Assembly: GCF_004010195.1 (NCBI RefSeq)
Contig: NC_057716.1
Coordinates: 26,997,157-27,061,156, forward strand
Length of the DNA: 64,000 nt
Direction of reading: 5' to 3'
Source: Chiloscyllium plagiosum
Lineage: Eukaryota
Positions 37,200 through 50,855 of this stretch are shown here, one piece after another. The notes under the pieces are model-generated. The model did no database searches. It was not told the origin of the DNA and saw nothing but the letters and a program-made list of their open reading frames with translations. The first letter of the stretch is position 1, and every line of letters starts with the position of its first letter. The position numbers and the translations under genes are program-made.

Positions 37200-37690
37200 C
37201 AGAATTTAGGAGTGTGGTGGAATATTCCCCAATTGCCAGGATGAGTGTAGCTCCAACAACATTCAAGAAGCTTGATATCATCCCGGACCAAGGAACCTGC
37301 TTGATTACCACTCCATTTAACATGTTCAGCATGCACTCTCTCCACCGCTGACAGTTGCAGTGCATATTATCTGCAAGACCAACTGTACCAACTCACCAAG
37401 TCTCCTTCGTTTGCAGTTTCCAAACCTACAGCAGTACCCACTTTGCACAAAGGTAGCAGATGCATGGGAAACACCATCAGCTTCCTCTCCAAGCCATAAA
37501 CTATAATTGATTGCAACTATCGCACTGTTCTTTCAGTGGCTCCAGGTTAAAATTGTGTCACTTCCTTCCAATAGCATTGTGCATGTAGCTACACCACATG
37601 GACTGCAGAGATTCAGAAAGCAACTCACCACCACCACCTCAACAGCAGCCAAAGAGGAGAACTAAATGTTGGCCTAGCCTGTGAATGAAT
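37200..37690 (+). mobile_element. LINE (CR1/L2-like) 3' fragment of a second family
   Basis: Colinear similarity to 54400-54865 and 40124-40375 (gactgcag...ttca...ctcaccaccacc). Confidence 0.6.
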
Positions 37691-39606
37691 TAAACACGTC
37701 TTTTTTTTCCCTGGATTGGGGCAATACCTTTACACCAATTATCACTTCAGTCTGTTTTTGAAAGTGCGAACTGCGAGGCTGTACACATTTAACTGACCAT
37801 TAACACAGTTTTAATAATAAGCTATTTAATGAATTTGCAAAGTTTCAATATTTGGGAAAACTAGTCCCAACTCCTTTTTTAAATGTTAAATTGAAATAAA
37901 ATGTTGCACTTTGTGCAAGGTACTATATAATCTCCCGATGGCTATAAAGCATCTGGAGACAATGTAGTACTTTTGATATTAAGCAACTATTTATGTTGGA
38001 AACAATTTGCATACATCCAAATGATAATATGATGAACAGATCATCTGTATTTCTTGCAAATATAACGTTTATTGCAAGACAAACTTAGACAAAATCCCTT
38101 TTTCTATCAACTCAAGATCATCTATTCCTGGGTATATGATAGAGGGTAAGCAATGCCCCGGGCTCCAGGAAGAGTAATCTTGCAATAGTATCATTAATCT
38201 TTTATGTCCACTTGAGTGAGTAGATTGGACCTCTTTAGGATCTGAACTGAAAAGATAGCATTGGAGTAAGGCTTAGTATATAATCCGGACAGCGGACCAG
38301 ACCTTCACCCTTTAATTTTCTGATCCAAAAGTGTGCAATTGCCGAGCTCTGATTGTCTGAAGTTGTAGGATGGTCTCCAGCATGTTGTGGAGTCAACTAT
38401 ATGTCCCAAATGCACTGAAAACCAAGGGTACAACTTTGACTTAATTACTACTCTGCAAGAAGATTATGATCAGCTTGTGTTTTTATCATATCCTAGGTTG
38501 TGATCAGATTATTTTCTTTTTCTGAATTTAACCAAAATAAAACAGAAGTTTCAGTATTAAATTCAGGAAGAAATTGTGGCTGGAGTGTGGTGAGAATGTG
38601 GCAGTTATCATCATATGGAATGGTGGGGACAAATAAGATTCCTTATGTTGGTGATGGCTACAGACATGGGACAGAAGTATGCCATTTGGCCCATCGAGTC
38701 TATTTTGTCATTCAATGAGATCATAGCTGATTTAACTGCACTTTCCTGCCTTTGTCTCCATGCCCCGTGATTCCCTTACTGATTTAAAATTCCGTCTATT
38801 TCAGCCTTGAATATAATTAATAATCCAGCTTTTGAGTGCACGCTGCAGTACATATTTCTGCAGATTTATTACCCTTGGAGAAGAAATTCCTCCTCATCTT
38901 TGTCTTACATGGGTGACCACTTATTCTGCACTTTTGAGGTGGAAATTTGAGTTAATATAGACCAACTAGACCAAATAGTCTTTTTTTAAAAATGCATATT
39001 CAATATAATCAAAACTGTTCGCACTTGGAATAGTTTGCATTGCATTTGAAGTATTTTAGGCTTGTGTTGAGTGTTCTTGATTTAGACATGTATAGTTTCG
39101 TCAGAAGAATTGGTGGAGAGGATTATAATTACAACATTTAAGACAGCTGGGTGGCTACACGAACAGGAAGGGTTCGAGGGATTTGGGCCAAATGCTGGCA
39201 AATGGGACGAGGTCACTTTGGGATGGCTGATCAACAGCAGACGAGTTGACTATTGGATGTATGAATTTCACTCTGCCCCCAACAATGGTTTCGGCACTTA
39301 ATGCTGACAGTGTTTGTGGATAAAACTGATTTCAAAATGTTTACTTAACAATATGCTCTGATCCTATATTCAAGCTGAGTTAGATTTTTGATGGACCAGG
39401 AAATCAAGGTATGCAGGAGTGGGAACAGTAGCAGAACAGAAGTTTATTAAGATCACAATAAAATCATCCATGGCCTTTGCAAAAGATTGCGCAGGCTTAA
39501 AGGCCAAATAGTCCACTTGGATTCCTGCAGAAATTCGTCAAAGAGCATGAGACAGCACTTTTCAAATCCACGACCGCTTCTGTCTAGAAGGACAAGTGCA
39601 GCAGAT

Positions 39607-40123
39607 AATAGACAATAGGTGCCGGAGTAGGCCATTCTGCCCTTCGAGCCTGCACCACCATTCATTATGATCATGGCTGATCATACTCAATTAGTATCCT
39701 GTTCCTGCCTTATCTCCATAACCCTTGATTCCACTGTCCTTGAGAGCTCTATCCAACTCTTAAATGAATCCAGAGACTGGGCCTCCACTGCCCTCTGAGG
39801 CAGAGCATTCCACACACCCACCACTCTCTGGGTGAAGAAGATTCTCCTCATCTCTGTTCTAAATGGCCTACCATTTTTAAGCTGTGTCCTCTGGTTCGGG
39901 ACTCACCCATCAGCGGAAACCTGTTTCCTGCCTCCAGAGTGTCCAATCCTTTAATAATCTTATATGTCACAATCAGATCCCCTCTCAGTCTTCTAAACTC
40001 AAGGGTATACAAGCCCAGTCGCTCCAATCTTTCAACATAAGATAGTCCCGCCATTCTAGGAATTGACCTCGTGAACCTACGCTGCACTCCCTCAATAGCC
40101 AGAATGTCTTTACTCAAATTTGG
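39607..40123 (-). mobile_element. CR1-type LINE 3' fragment nested in an older LINE 3' end (39530-40375)
   Basis: KDILAIEGVQRRFTR...RLRGDLIVTYKIIKGLD; the host repeat resumes at ~40124. Confidence 0.85.
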
Positions 40124-43100
40124 AAAGACAAATGGGAATACCACCGCTTGCAAGTTCCCCTCCAAGCTACTCACCATCCTGCATTGGGAATATATCACCA
40201 TTCTTTCACTATTGCTGGGTCAAAATCCTGGAATTCATTCCGTAATGGCATTGTTGGTCAACCCACAGCAGGCGGACTGCAGCAGTTCAAGAAGTCAGCT
40301 CCCACTACCTTCTCAAGGGCAACTAGGGATGGACAATAAATGCTGACCAGCCAGTGATGCCTGCACTGAAATAAATAAGTTTGTGTTCTTAGAACCTATA
40401 AGCTGGTTATGGTACAAAAAAAGAGGCCATTTAGCCCATTGTGTTTGCCCCAGCTAAATAAACTAGTCACCTGTTCTAATCACACCCTTCAGCATGTGGT
40501 CCGTTACCCTACTGGATATGAAGCTTCAGACGCACATCTAGGATCCTTTCAAAGTGAAAGGGTCTCTCCCTCAACCACCTAATTTGGCAGTTATTTCCCC
40601 GCTTTGGGTGAAAAACAGTTTCCTCATATCCCCTCTAAGTCTTCTACTGATCACCTTAAATCTTAGCCCCTGGAAAGACGTCTTCTCTGTCAATTTTAAC
40701 CAAGCCCCTCATCATTTCATAACCTTGATTCAGTCACTACTCCGCCTCCTCTGTACTAAGGAAAACAATCACAGCCTTTCTAATTTCTCCTCTGACCTGG
40801 GACTTTCAAACCCTGCCGATATTCTTGTAAATAACCTCTGCACTCTAACTATGGCAGCTGTGTTATGAATGTAAGTACAGCTCTCAGCTGTGGACTGACC
40901 AACGTCTTGTATAGCTTCAGCATTATGCCCTGCTTCACATGCAAAACTTCACCCAATGAAGAAAAGTGTATAAAAGGGACCGAAGGGGCAACTTTTTCAT
41001 ACAGAGGGAGGCATGTGTATGGAATGAGCTGCCATAGGAACTGGTGGCGGCTGGTACAATTACAACATTTAAAAGTCATCCGGATGGGTATATGAATAGG
41101 AAGCGTATCAAGGGATGTGGGCTAACTGCTGGCAAATGAGACTAGATAAATTTAGGGTATCGGGTCGGCATGGAAAAGGTGGACGGAAGGGTCTGTTTCT
41201 GTGCTGTACAGCTCTATTCCCTATGTCGTCCCTGCCTACCTGTTCTGCCACTTTCAGGGACCTGTGAACATGCACTTCCTCTGTCCCTCCCAGTATCTTC
41301 CTTGGGGTATTTCCTAGGTTGCTTTACTTCAAAATGCTTAAAATTCTGTGGATTGAATTCTATTTGCCTCTCACCCAACCGAGTTACTGGTATCATTGTG
41401 AACCACGTGGCCAACTTTCATGTCATTTGCAATTTTCATTTCCAAGTTAAGTCAAATGCTGTCTCTAGCTATATGTAATTTTCGTCTTTAATGTGTTGGC
41501 CTAGCTTGGTTTTTGGACGAAGGTGGGTGCGCAGCTTGGTCTCTGAATGAAATCTAAGTATTGAAAATTAATCAAACGATGCATCTTTGAATTTCAGTTG
41601 CTGTAAATTTAAAAACTAATTTAGCTTTCAATTTTTTTTTTTACCTGCACTGTTCTCTGAATAAACTTCAGAGGTGACTGGTTAGGTTTCAGTATAATCC
41701 AAAGGGGGCCTTTGCAAAGTTACAAGGGGACATGTCTCTGAACAGTTCCAGTACACAGCACAACATGACTGGAGAAGTTAGGACTGTTCTCCTTGAAGCA
41801 GAGAAGGTTCAAGGGAGAGTTAACCGAGTCGTTCAAAATTACGCAGAGTTTTGATACAGCAGATGAGTCGGTAACCAGAAATTTACAATAAGATACAAGA
41901 GAACAAGTGAGGGAGGTCATTTGGTTCAGTGCGTTGTTTTCTGAAATGCACCGACTTCAAAGGGCGATGAAAGTGGATTTCTTAGCAACGTTCAAGAGGG
42001 AATTGAGTTGATGCTTTCATTAGAGATATCTGCAGGAGGATGGTGAAAGAGCAGTTCTAATTGGAGAGCTCTTTCAGTGAGGCACGATGGGCAAGAGCCC
42101 TCCTCACCGTGTGGCTGTGTTTGACATGCAGTGTTAGCTCGGAATGTTGATATTATGAACATTCCCCTGGTCTATTGTGTGGTGTAGGTTTAGAATGTTT
42201 CTGCTGTAAACATTCTCCATCTATTGTTGTGCAACATGGTCTCGGCAGAGACAGCATTACACAAAATAGCTTGCTGCAATTTAATATTCACTGCAATTTC
42301 CATGAACTATGACATGTTAAGAAAAAAACTGATCTTTATTAGGGCATCGAGTTATTCCAGCCCTGATACACAAATCAACTGGCAGAGCAAGTCCACTGTC
42401 ACTCCCTAGTGACAAAGGTAAGGGCCCCTGTTCTCTTGTCATCCTATACTCATTGACCTACATTGGCTACCAGTCGAGCAACAGCCCAGTTTTAAAACTC
42501 TCATTCTCGTTTGTAAGTGGCCATATGACTTTACCAGTCCAACCTCCTGTAGCCCTCCGGATATCTAGTCCGGTCCATTTTCTTTTGTTGCTCCGCTGTT
42601 GGTGACTGAGCCTAGAAAGCTGTAGGCACAAGCATGACAACTTCACCAAACCTCTGTCTCTTTCCATCTCCTGGATGCTTCTAAAAGCCTATTTCTTTGG
42701 CCAGTTCTATTCAAATGTCCCCTTACGTGGGCTGGGTGTCACATTTCCTCTGGTTTTGTGAAGTGACATGGGATATTGTACTGCATTGTGTTGTATAATT
42801 ATATGCTGTTGACTGATTAATGTACCCTCCTCACATGACTATTGGTGCAACTGTTTGAATGGGTTAGATGTTATTCATTCATGTACTGTACATAACACTC
42901 TGACCCAGTTTCTTTCAGTAACATGGGGGGCTCAGATTGACCTGGCTTGTTTCATAGTTCTGTGAGCGATTGAATGGATTTGCCAGCAACGTTTACACTC
43001 ACTATTAGCTGGATTATATTTTATGTTGTAGCTCAGGACCAATTTTAAATCCGTGTTACAATACGCCATTGGAACAGAGACCACTTCACAGTTCAGGACA

Positions 43101-45134
43101 ATTTAATTCTGTCTTTGTGGCTCAGTGTGGTTGGAGCTGATTTAGTACTGCGTCATACAGGTGGATAATTTTTCAGGTTTTATTTTCTGTCTGCAATGCA
43201 TCCTTCTGAGAAAGTAGTGAGGGGGTTTCTTCATGCTTCAATATCCCGTGACCTGTGGGGTTCTGGGGTTGGGCTCATTGCACGAGTAACTTGTTCGTAT
43301 TCACTTCTTCAGAGCAGCACTTGAAGAATGCCTTCTTGGGGTGAGGTACCAGCCAGGTCAAATCCATGAATTATTTGCACTCCAGAGAGAGAAAGAGGTA
43401 AGGTAACAAAACCCAGGAGCCGACAGATTCCCATTTCCTCTGCATTAAGTTTGAAGGAAATCTCACTTAATGATTTTGTTGTCTCTTGGTCAATCCCAAT
43501 GCTGGAACACTGTGCGAAATCTATTCTTTCCTCAGCAATCACTCGGTTGAACTGACCAGTAATTGAGCAACAGGTTTTATAAAACAGAGGGCTCGATTCT
43601 GCTGTGTAAATGCTCAGCAAATTCTTAGAATGTGTATCTGTCTGCTTTTTTTTTAAATGAAGTCACTCATCCATTCATATTATTCCTTGGCAGAGCATTG
43701 CTGCTGACTCAGTGGGTTTGGGTTACTACGTGTCCTGTGTCAGCTGCCCTCTAGTCAGGAGCACTCTACTGTCAGGTTCAGAAGGTCATGAGTTCAGGTT
43801 CCTGTTCCAGGGTCTCCACTGTCGCACGGGGTGTGCTAATCAGTGGAGAGGTCGGAGGTATCATCTTTTGGGTGATGCATTACACTGAGCGTGCTCTATC
43901 TGCCTTTATTAACATGGGAAACAGGGCAACCAATTTCACAAGTGACTGTGCTTCAAAATAAAGGTTTTGTTGGCTGTGAACCATTTTGGGATGTCCTGTG
44001 GTTAAGAAAGGCGATATTAAAAATATCGCTCCCTTTTATTTTTGGCACACAGCCCCCCTGCCCTTGGAAGCAGTGTTTATGAACTACAATAGCTGAGTAG
44101 AATATTTTTGCAATTACTGAAAGAAGCCACTAAATAAGCTTCACTAGGGAGGTCATTAAGGGCCTTATGTAAACAACTGATGATGTGCCAAATTGCCTTA
44201 TGAGGCAATGGTATCGGCTGCTTTTAGTCTTTTTAAATCTTTAGACTCCATTTCAACATCTTGCATTCCTATTTTCAGGATATTTGATATCAAGCATTCA
44301 ATAGTAAGAGTGGTCTAGGTTTTCTGGGGGTTTTTTTAAGCTTGTTTAACCAATACACTTACAATGCTTTCCATCTCAAGGGAATTAAGTATCAGCAAAA
44401 TTGCTTTGGTTCAATATGCCTGAAATTGTGTTGATTTCGTCTAATTACATACACACAAAAATGACAGCATGGATGCTGATTTTGGACTACTGTGACAGGG
44501 TTGAAGACCTAGCTTGTTTCCCTTTTGTCAAGGATATAGCAGTTGCCGGTAGAGATTGTCCTCTAGTCCGTGCTGTACATCTGACTCCATAAGGCCAACT
44601 TCCTGCTGAGGGCTGTGGAACTGCTCCTGGCTGGGTTTGACATTGTAGCTTTGCTGTAAGTTATCAGAGCCAGTGCACCCATAAGCTTTCTGCTATAGCA
44701 GGCTTCTTGTTTGCAGAACGTAGATACGGTGAATATTGGATTCTTGTTTTAACTGTGAACTTTTTTTTTACAGTAAACAGTCCAATGCTTTTTGAACTTC
44801 TCCAAAATAATAGGAGAGTGTGAATTACCTCCTCAATCTTAAAAACACTGACTTTTATACCCTTTCTTGCTGGCAAAGACATTCTTCATAACATTTCCAT
44901 TCTCGTCTCTCTCACTGTTTTCACTACCTGCCCCCCCCCCCCCGCCGTCCCTAAACACCACCACATTAGAATGATGCTGTTGAGTTTGCTGTTTATAACA
45001 ACTTCTCTCAGACTTTTAAGATCTTGCAGCTGTCTTGTCTTTAATCTTCTCACCAGCCTGTGGAAGATCCTTTTTTTTCTCCCCTCACTGTCATGCATCC
45101 AGCAGCCCCCATTTTAAACAGGAACTTTTGGTAT

Positions 45135-45627
45135 GGGAAGGATTTTGTGAAACTTGAAAGGATGCAGAAAAGATTTACAAGGATGTTGTCGGGTTTGGAG
45201 GTTTGAGCTACAGGGAGAGGCTGAATAGGCTGGAGATATTAGCCCTGGAGCCTCGGAGGCTAGGGAATGACCTTATTGGGGTTTATACAAGTCATGAGGG
45301 ACATGGATAGGGCGAATTGCTCAGTTCTTTTTCTCTAGGGTAAGTGAGTCCAAAACTAGAGGATATGGTTTAAGGCGAGAGAGGAAAGATATAAAAGGGA
45401 CCTAAGGGGCAGCTTTTTCACACAGAGGGTGGTGCATGTATGGAGTGAGCTGCCTGGGGAAGTTGTGGAAACTGGTACAATTACAACATTTAAAAGGCAT
45501 CCAGATGGGTATATAAATAGAAAGGGTTTAGAGGGATAAGGGCCAAATGCTGGCAAGTGGGACTAGATTAATTTAGAATATCTGGTTGGCATGGATGAGT
45601 TGAACTTTGCTATAAAACTCTATGACT
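45135..45627 (+). mobile_element. CR1-type LINE 3' fragment
   Basis: Similar to 7305-7920 and the reverse complement of 60209-60878. Confidence 0.85.
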
Positions 45628-46344
45628 CCGTCATTAATTCAGAGTTTTGAATTCCTGTTGAAACTAGGATTGAAAAATCTCAAAGCATCATCTTTATAAA
45701 CGGGATAAGTAATGCTTTGATGTACATGTAAGGGAAGAAGAGTTCAGGTAATCTTATTCATAAGTTTTGTTTCCCCTTCACTTGTGTTTTGGTCATTGCC
45801 ATTCACTGCTAGCACTCAGACAGGGATAGGATATGTGCAATTTAGAGTTACACGCAAAGCACCTTTTGGTTTTACCTGGAACAGAGCTACTATTAACATG
45901 AATATAATTTACCAAGTTCTTTATATCCTGAATGTTCTGTTTTCAAATCCTGCAACATGTCCTGCTATGCCGTAATGATTCTGTAATGATTCTTTTGGGA
46001 GACACGTTGGATGATAGAATCACTTAACTTCAGCGTCTGCTTTCATGCTTTTCAGACCTTTGTTCGTTTGTTTGTTTGTTTGTATGTGTTTCAGTTTGCA
46101 AAAGACAGCCATCTGGAAACAACTCAAAATTCCTACTACTCAGGCAGGCCAAAGAAATAGGAGGCCATCTGGCTCTGAGCCTGGCTACCGTCACCTGCCT
46201 GCATGTTCCCATCTCCTCCATGCTTCCCTGAAAGTCCAAAAAGTATTATATTGGCCTTGAAAATATTGAATAACTTTGCATTGACAGCTCTCTGAGGTAG
46301 AGAATCCGTGTCATTCACTAACTCCTCCATGTCCCTTCAGTTTA

Positions 46345-46885
46345 ATTCAACAGAGGGATAGTATGAAATCTTAGAGGCTGGACAAACTAGGGTTGTTTTC
46401 TCTGGAGTGGTGGAGGCTGAGAGTAGACCTAATAGCAGTTTACAAAATTGAGAGGCATAGATAGGGTTGACAGTCAGAATCTTTTTCCCAGAGTTAAAAC
46501 GTCTATTACTAAATGGCATGCATTTAAGGTGAGAAGGGAAAACTTCAAAGGAGATTTGAGAGGCAAATGTTTTTAAGACAATGGTAGGAGTCTGGAACGT
46601 GCTGCTAGGATAGTGGTGAAGGCGGATAGGATAGGGGTGTTTACGGGGCTTTTAGATAAGCAAGTGAATAAGCAAGGAGTGGAGGGATGTGAACCATGGG
46701 CAGACAGAAGGGTTTAGGCTGCTTTTATTCCTGATGAAGGACTTTTGCCCGAAATGTCGATTTTGCTGCTCCTCGGATGCTGCCTGAACTGCTGTGCTCT
46801 TCCAAACCAATAATCCAAAATTTGGTGTCATGTTCAGTACAACAACATGGGTTGAAGGGCCTGACCCTGTGCGTACAGTTCTACA
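46345..46885 (+). mobile_element. CR1-type 3' fragment interrupted by a family B hammerhead pLTR piece (~46722-46820)
   Basis: CR1 tail motifs; attc CTGATGA aggacttttgccc GAAA tgtc gatt at 46727-46762. Confidence 0.7.
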
Positions 46886-47582
46886 TAGCCACCACTTTCA
46901 TTGACAAACTACTGCTAGAGTCTTTCATGTTGTCTTTGGAGATATTACTGGTATAAGAAAGCAATGATCTTAAACTGAGGCAGGAAATAAATTGTACTTA
47001 TAGTGCCTTTTTATAATCTAAGGCTGCAACCAAGTGCTTTACACCCAAGGCAATATTTTTGAGTGTAGTCTAATTAAAGTTGTATTTTCTTCTATTAATA
47101 ATTGATAACTGTTACAGAGATGATCAAGGTAATTTTTTTTATTCTTTGATAGGATGTGTGTGTCATTGACAAGGTCAGCGTTTTTTGATTTTTAATTTGA
47201 TTTATTATTGTCACATGTACCTAGGTACAGTGACAAGTTTTGTTTTGCATTCACTACAGGCAGATCAGACCATACAAAGGGCATTAGGTTAATAGAACAG
47301 AATGAGAAATGTAGTGTTAAGGCTGCTGAGAAGGTGCACAAAGAATGAGATCAACATAAAATTTAAAATTTGAGTGGTCCATTCAGAAATCTGATAACAG
47401 TGGGGAAGAAGCTTTGTTGCACACCCACAATTGCCCTCCAGCTGAGTGGCTTGCCAGAGTCACTTCGCAGATCACTTCAGACTCGACCACATTGCTGTGG
47501 GTCTGGAGTCACATGTAGGCCAGACAGCTTACAGGTTTCTTTCCCCTGAGGGCATTCATGAATCAGATGGTTTTATATCATC

Positions 47583-47862
47583 ATAGAATCCCTACAACGT
47601 GGAAGCAGGCCAAGTGGCCCATCGAGTCCACACTGGCCCTCTGAAGAGCATCCTACCCAGACCCACCCCATCCCTGAAACCCTGTATTTCCCATGGCCAA
47701 TCCACCTAACTTGCACATCTTTGGACTGTGGGAGGAAACTGGAGCACCAAGAGGTGGCCCACGCTGTGTGCAAATTCCACACAGTCGACTGAGGGTGGAA
47801 TCGAACATCAGCCGCTAGTGCTGTCAGGTAGCAGTGCTAACCACTGAGCCACCATGCCATCC
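47583..47862 (-). mobile_element. HE1-type SINE
   Basis: Reverse-complement head gcagtgctaaccactgagcc and conserved body. Confidence 0.8.
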
Positions 47863-49259
47863 TAATGACCATCATTGAGAGCAATGGTGACCATGAAACT
47901 GAGACAGGCTTCCAATTCCAGATTTAATTCATTGAATTAAAATTCCACCAGTTGCCTCGGTGGGATTTGAACCCTTCTAATAAGATTAACCCTTTGGATT
48001 ACTCGTCCGGTGATCGTATGCCACCATCTTTCCCCAAATTCAACTGGAGCTGAAGAAGCCTAGTAGTATTTTGACATCGGGATGTTGACATCACTGTTCT
48101 GTCTCAGGCTGTAGTTTGTAAGGAAAATAAATTGTCAGAAACGACTCTTCTCCAGGTCCTCTTATTCTGACACTATGGTTATCAATATACTGAAACACAA
48201 CATGAGCAAACCATTCTACCCAGCGTTCCGGGCTGGTATTTGTGTTACAAACATACTTCCTCCCTTACTTGATCTCACCCTTTCAGCATGCCACCCTGTT
48301 CCTTTTCCCTCCTGCACTCATCTAACATTTCCCACGCTACATGGAAGCTGATCACCTCAGCTATTCCTTGGGGTAGTAAGAACCACAGTCTCATAACTCC
48401 CTGGGTAAACCAATTTGTCCTGAATCCCTTATTGGATTTCCAAGTGGTTCCCTTACATTTGTGGCCCCTTGTTCCGCACTCTCCCCACAAGTGGAAGTCT
48501 CATTTCTCCGCTTATTTCCATGATATTTGGTTGGATGTGAAAGTAAGGATTTTAATCAGTTCCATAGCTGCCCGGTTTAAAAATAGTGCACAGTGTAGAA
48601 AAAGGCACAAAAGGAAGCTTATGCTCTGAGAGGACATAGACGTCGTTCAGAGATTCCATTTCAAACAGTAACTATTTGTGTGTTGCAGAGTACCTGTCAT
48701 GAAGCCAAGCAATGCCGAAGTGCTTTACAAATATTTTAAATACTCTTGGAGTATAATCTCTCTCATAATAGAAGAAAGACAGCAGATAATTGCTGTCCAC
48801 TACATCACCAACTTTGATGTCATCTGCAAACTGACTAACCACATCTCCTACATTCATACCTCAATCATTTATAGAAATGACAAAAAGCAATGGACCCAGC
48901 ACTGTCATGTCCTTCATAAGGTGCTGCAACTCAACTGGATGAACTGAGGTCTAGCTAGTGACTTCTCTAAGTTCAACAGAACTTCCTTGCTCTTGTACTC
49001 TATACCCCTTCTAAAGACGGGCATGCTTTATTAACTGCTCTCCCAACCTGTCCTGCCACTCTACGTTAAGCTTCAGCTGTCACCAATGTTCCCAGCCCAC
49101 CAACCTAACATCTTTTTGAAGTTCTCCTCAGTTTCAGATACGTCTGAATTTTGTATCATCTATAATAATCCAAAATCATTAATGTACAATGATCACAATT
49201 ATCTCCTGAATAGTTACAGGTTTTTAGCATTGGAAGAGGCCCTTCTGCCTATTGTGTAC

Positions 49260-49745
49260 ACATGAAGGATATGATTAAACTGGAGAGGGTTCAGAAGAGA
49301 TTTACTAGGGGGAAATGGAGAGTTTGAGTTGTAAAGATAGGTTGGGATATTTTTCACTGGAGCATAGGAGAGGTGACTTTTGTAGAGGTTCATAAAATCT
49401 TGAGGCGTATCGATAAGGTGAATAGCAGGTGCCTTTTCCCAAGGGTTTGGAGAGTTCAAAATTAGGGGGCACATTTTTTAAGGTGAGAGAAGAAAGCTTG
49501 AAAAAGGTCTTGAGGGACAACCTTTTTTTTAAAACACAGTGGTTCGTGTGTGGAATGAAATGCCAGAGGAAATGGTGGATACAGGTACAGTTATGTTTAG
49601 GACATGTGGATAAGTACATGAATAGGAAAGGTTTGGAGGAATGTAGGCCAAGTGCAGACAGGTGGGACTAGTTTAGTTTGGGGACCTGGTTGTGTGGATT
49701 AGAACTAATTGAAGGGTCTGTTTCCATGCTGTATGATTCTGACGC
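49260..49745 (+). mobile_element. CR1-type LINE 3' fragment
   Basis: gaggttcataaaatcttg...tttaaggtgagag...aataggaaaggtttggagg tail. Confidence 0.75.
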
Positions 49746-49974
49746 TATGACCTGTCATCAAACATCTGATCTTCTCCCACTGATACCTGATCTATTTGGC
49801 CTACTCTATATAGTTGGGCAATACATGTACAATACTGCATCAAGCTACTCTGGCTGCACTTTTTGAGCAAATACATAATGCAGTACCTGAAGTTAAAAAC
49901 CAACAAAACCTTATGTTTGGTTTCCATTCAATCTGATAGGTGTATCAAGAAGAGAGAGAGAGTCCTTTGCAGAG

Positions 49975-49991
49975 ATGAATGACAGTGCCAG
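49975..49991 (+). CDS. ZDBF2: Probable first coding exon of ZDBF2 (exon ~49940-49991)
   Basis: ATG AAT GAC AGT GCC AG|gtaagt with perfect donor; phase 2 matches the next exon; the frame is also open upstream to the acceptor at 49939. Confidence 0.55.
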
Positions 49992-50610
49992 GTAAGTGTG
50001 ACAACTCTATAAGACCAGTGGCAAATTGCAAGGGGTAGGGATCTATTGGGTATGGAAGCTGGTTGACTGGACAGCATCCAGAGTATCTGGCTGGATAGCT
50101 GAGGGGAATTAAAAACCATATCGAGTAATTATTATCAAAATTCCATCCGTGTCAAGGAACTAACTGTCCAAAGGTTTTGTTTGGAGGGATGAGTTCACAT
50201 CTTGCAAAATATCAAAGCGCCTTAGCTTGGGAAGAGAATATTTTCAGCAAAATGAATAAAATTGGCAGAGATTGAAATATTTTCATCCATGAATAATGGC
50301 CTTGAAAGGACTGGGTGATGTATCAGTCATCAGCTTGGGATCCTTTGATCTCCTCTGCTGGACGTAAGAATCTTATTGAAATTAGACTGAATGCTAATAG
50401 GTCTGGGTTCATAATTATGCCACTCCTAAGCTTGATAGTTATTTTGAGGCCATGTGCTGTGAGAAATGGAACAATATCAGCAATGTGGTATCTACTGAGG
50501 AAATGCACTTTGAAGCTTTCTGTTTTGTACACATCAGGTCAATTTGCAAAGCGATACTAAAGCAAATGGGGAAAGTATTTGAACTATATGAGATAAGATT
50601 GCTAAATAAA

Positions 50611-50743
50611 AACGGAAAGAACTGCGGATGCTGTAAATCAGAAACAAAAACAGATGTTGCTGGAAAAGCTGAGCAGGTCTGGCACCATCTTTGAAGAGAA
50701 GTCAAAGTTGACGCTTTGGTTCTGGTGACCCTTCCTCAGAACT
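50611..50743 (-). mobile_element. Penelope pLTR piece (family C) with degenerate hammerhead core 50706-50743
   Basis: Minus strand: aguu CUGAGGA agggucaccagaacc aaag CGUC aacu; stem I perfect, GAAA mutated. Confidence 0.65.
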
Positions 50744-50855
50744 GGGATAAGAGTCACTGGTTGGTTAGCGAGCGGACTCTGGTCGAGGCATCGCATTGGA
50801 GAATACACCAGTTAATGATGACTGGCAGGTGACTGCCAGACTATGCTTATAAATT

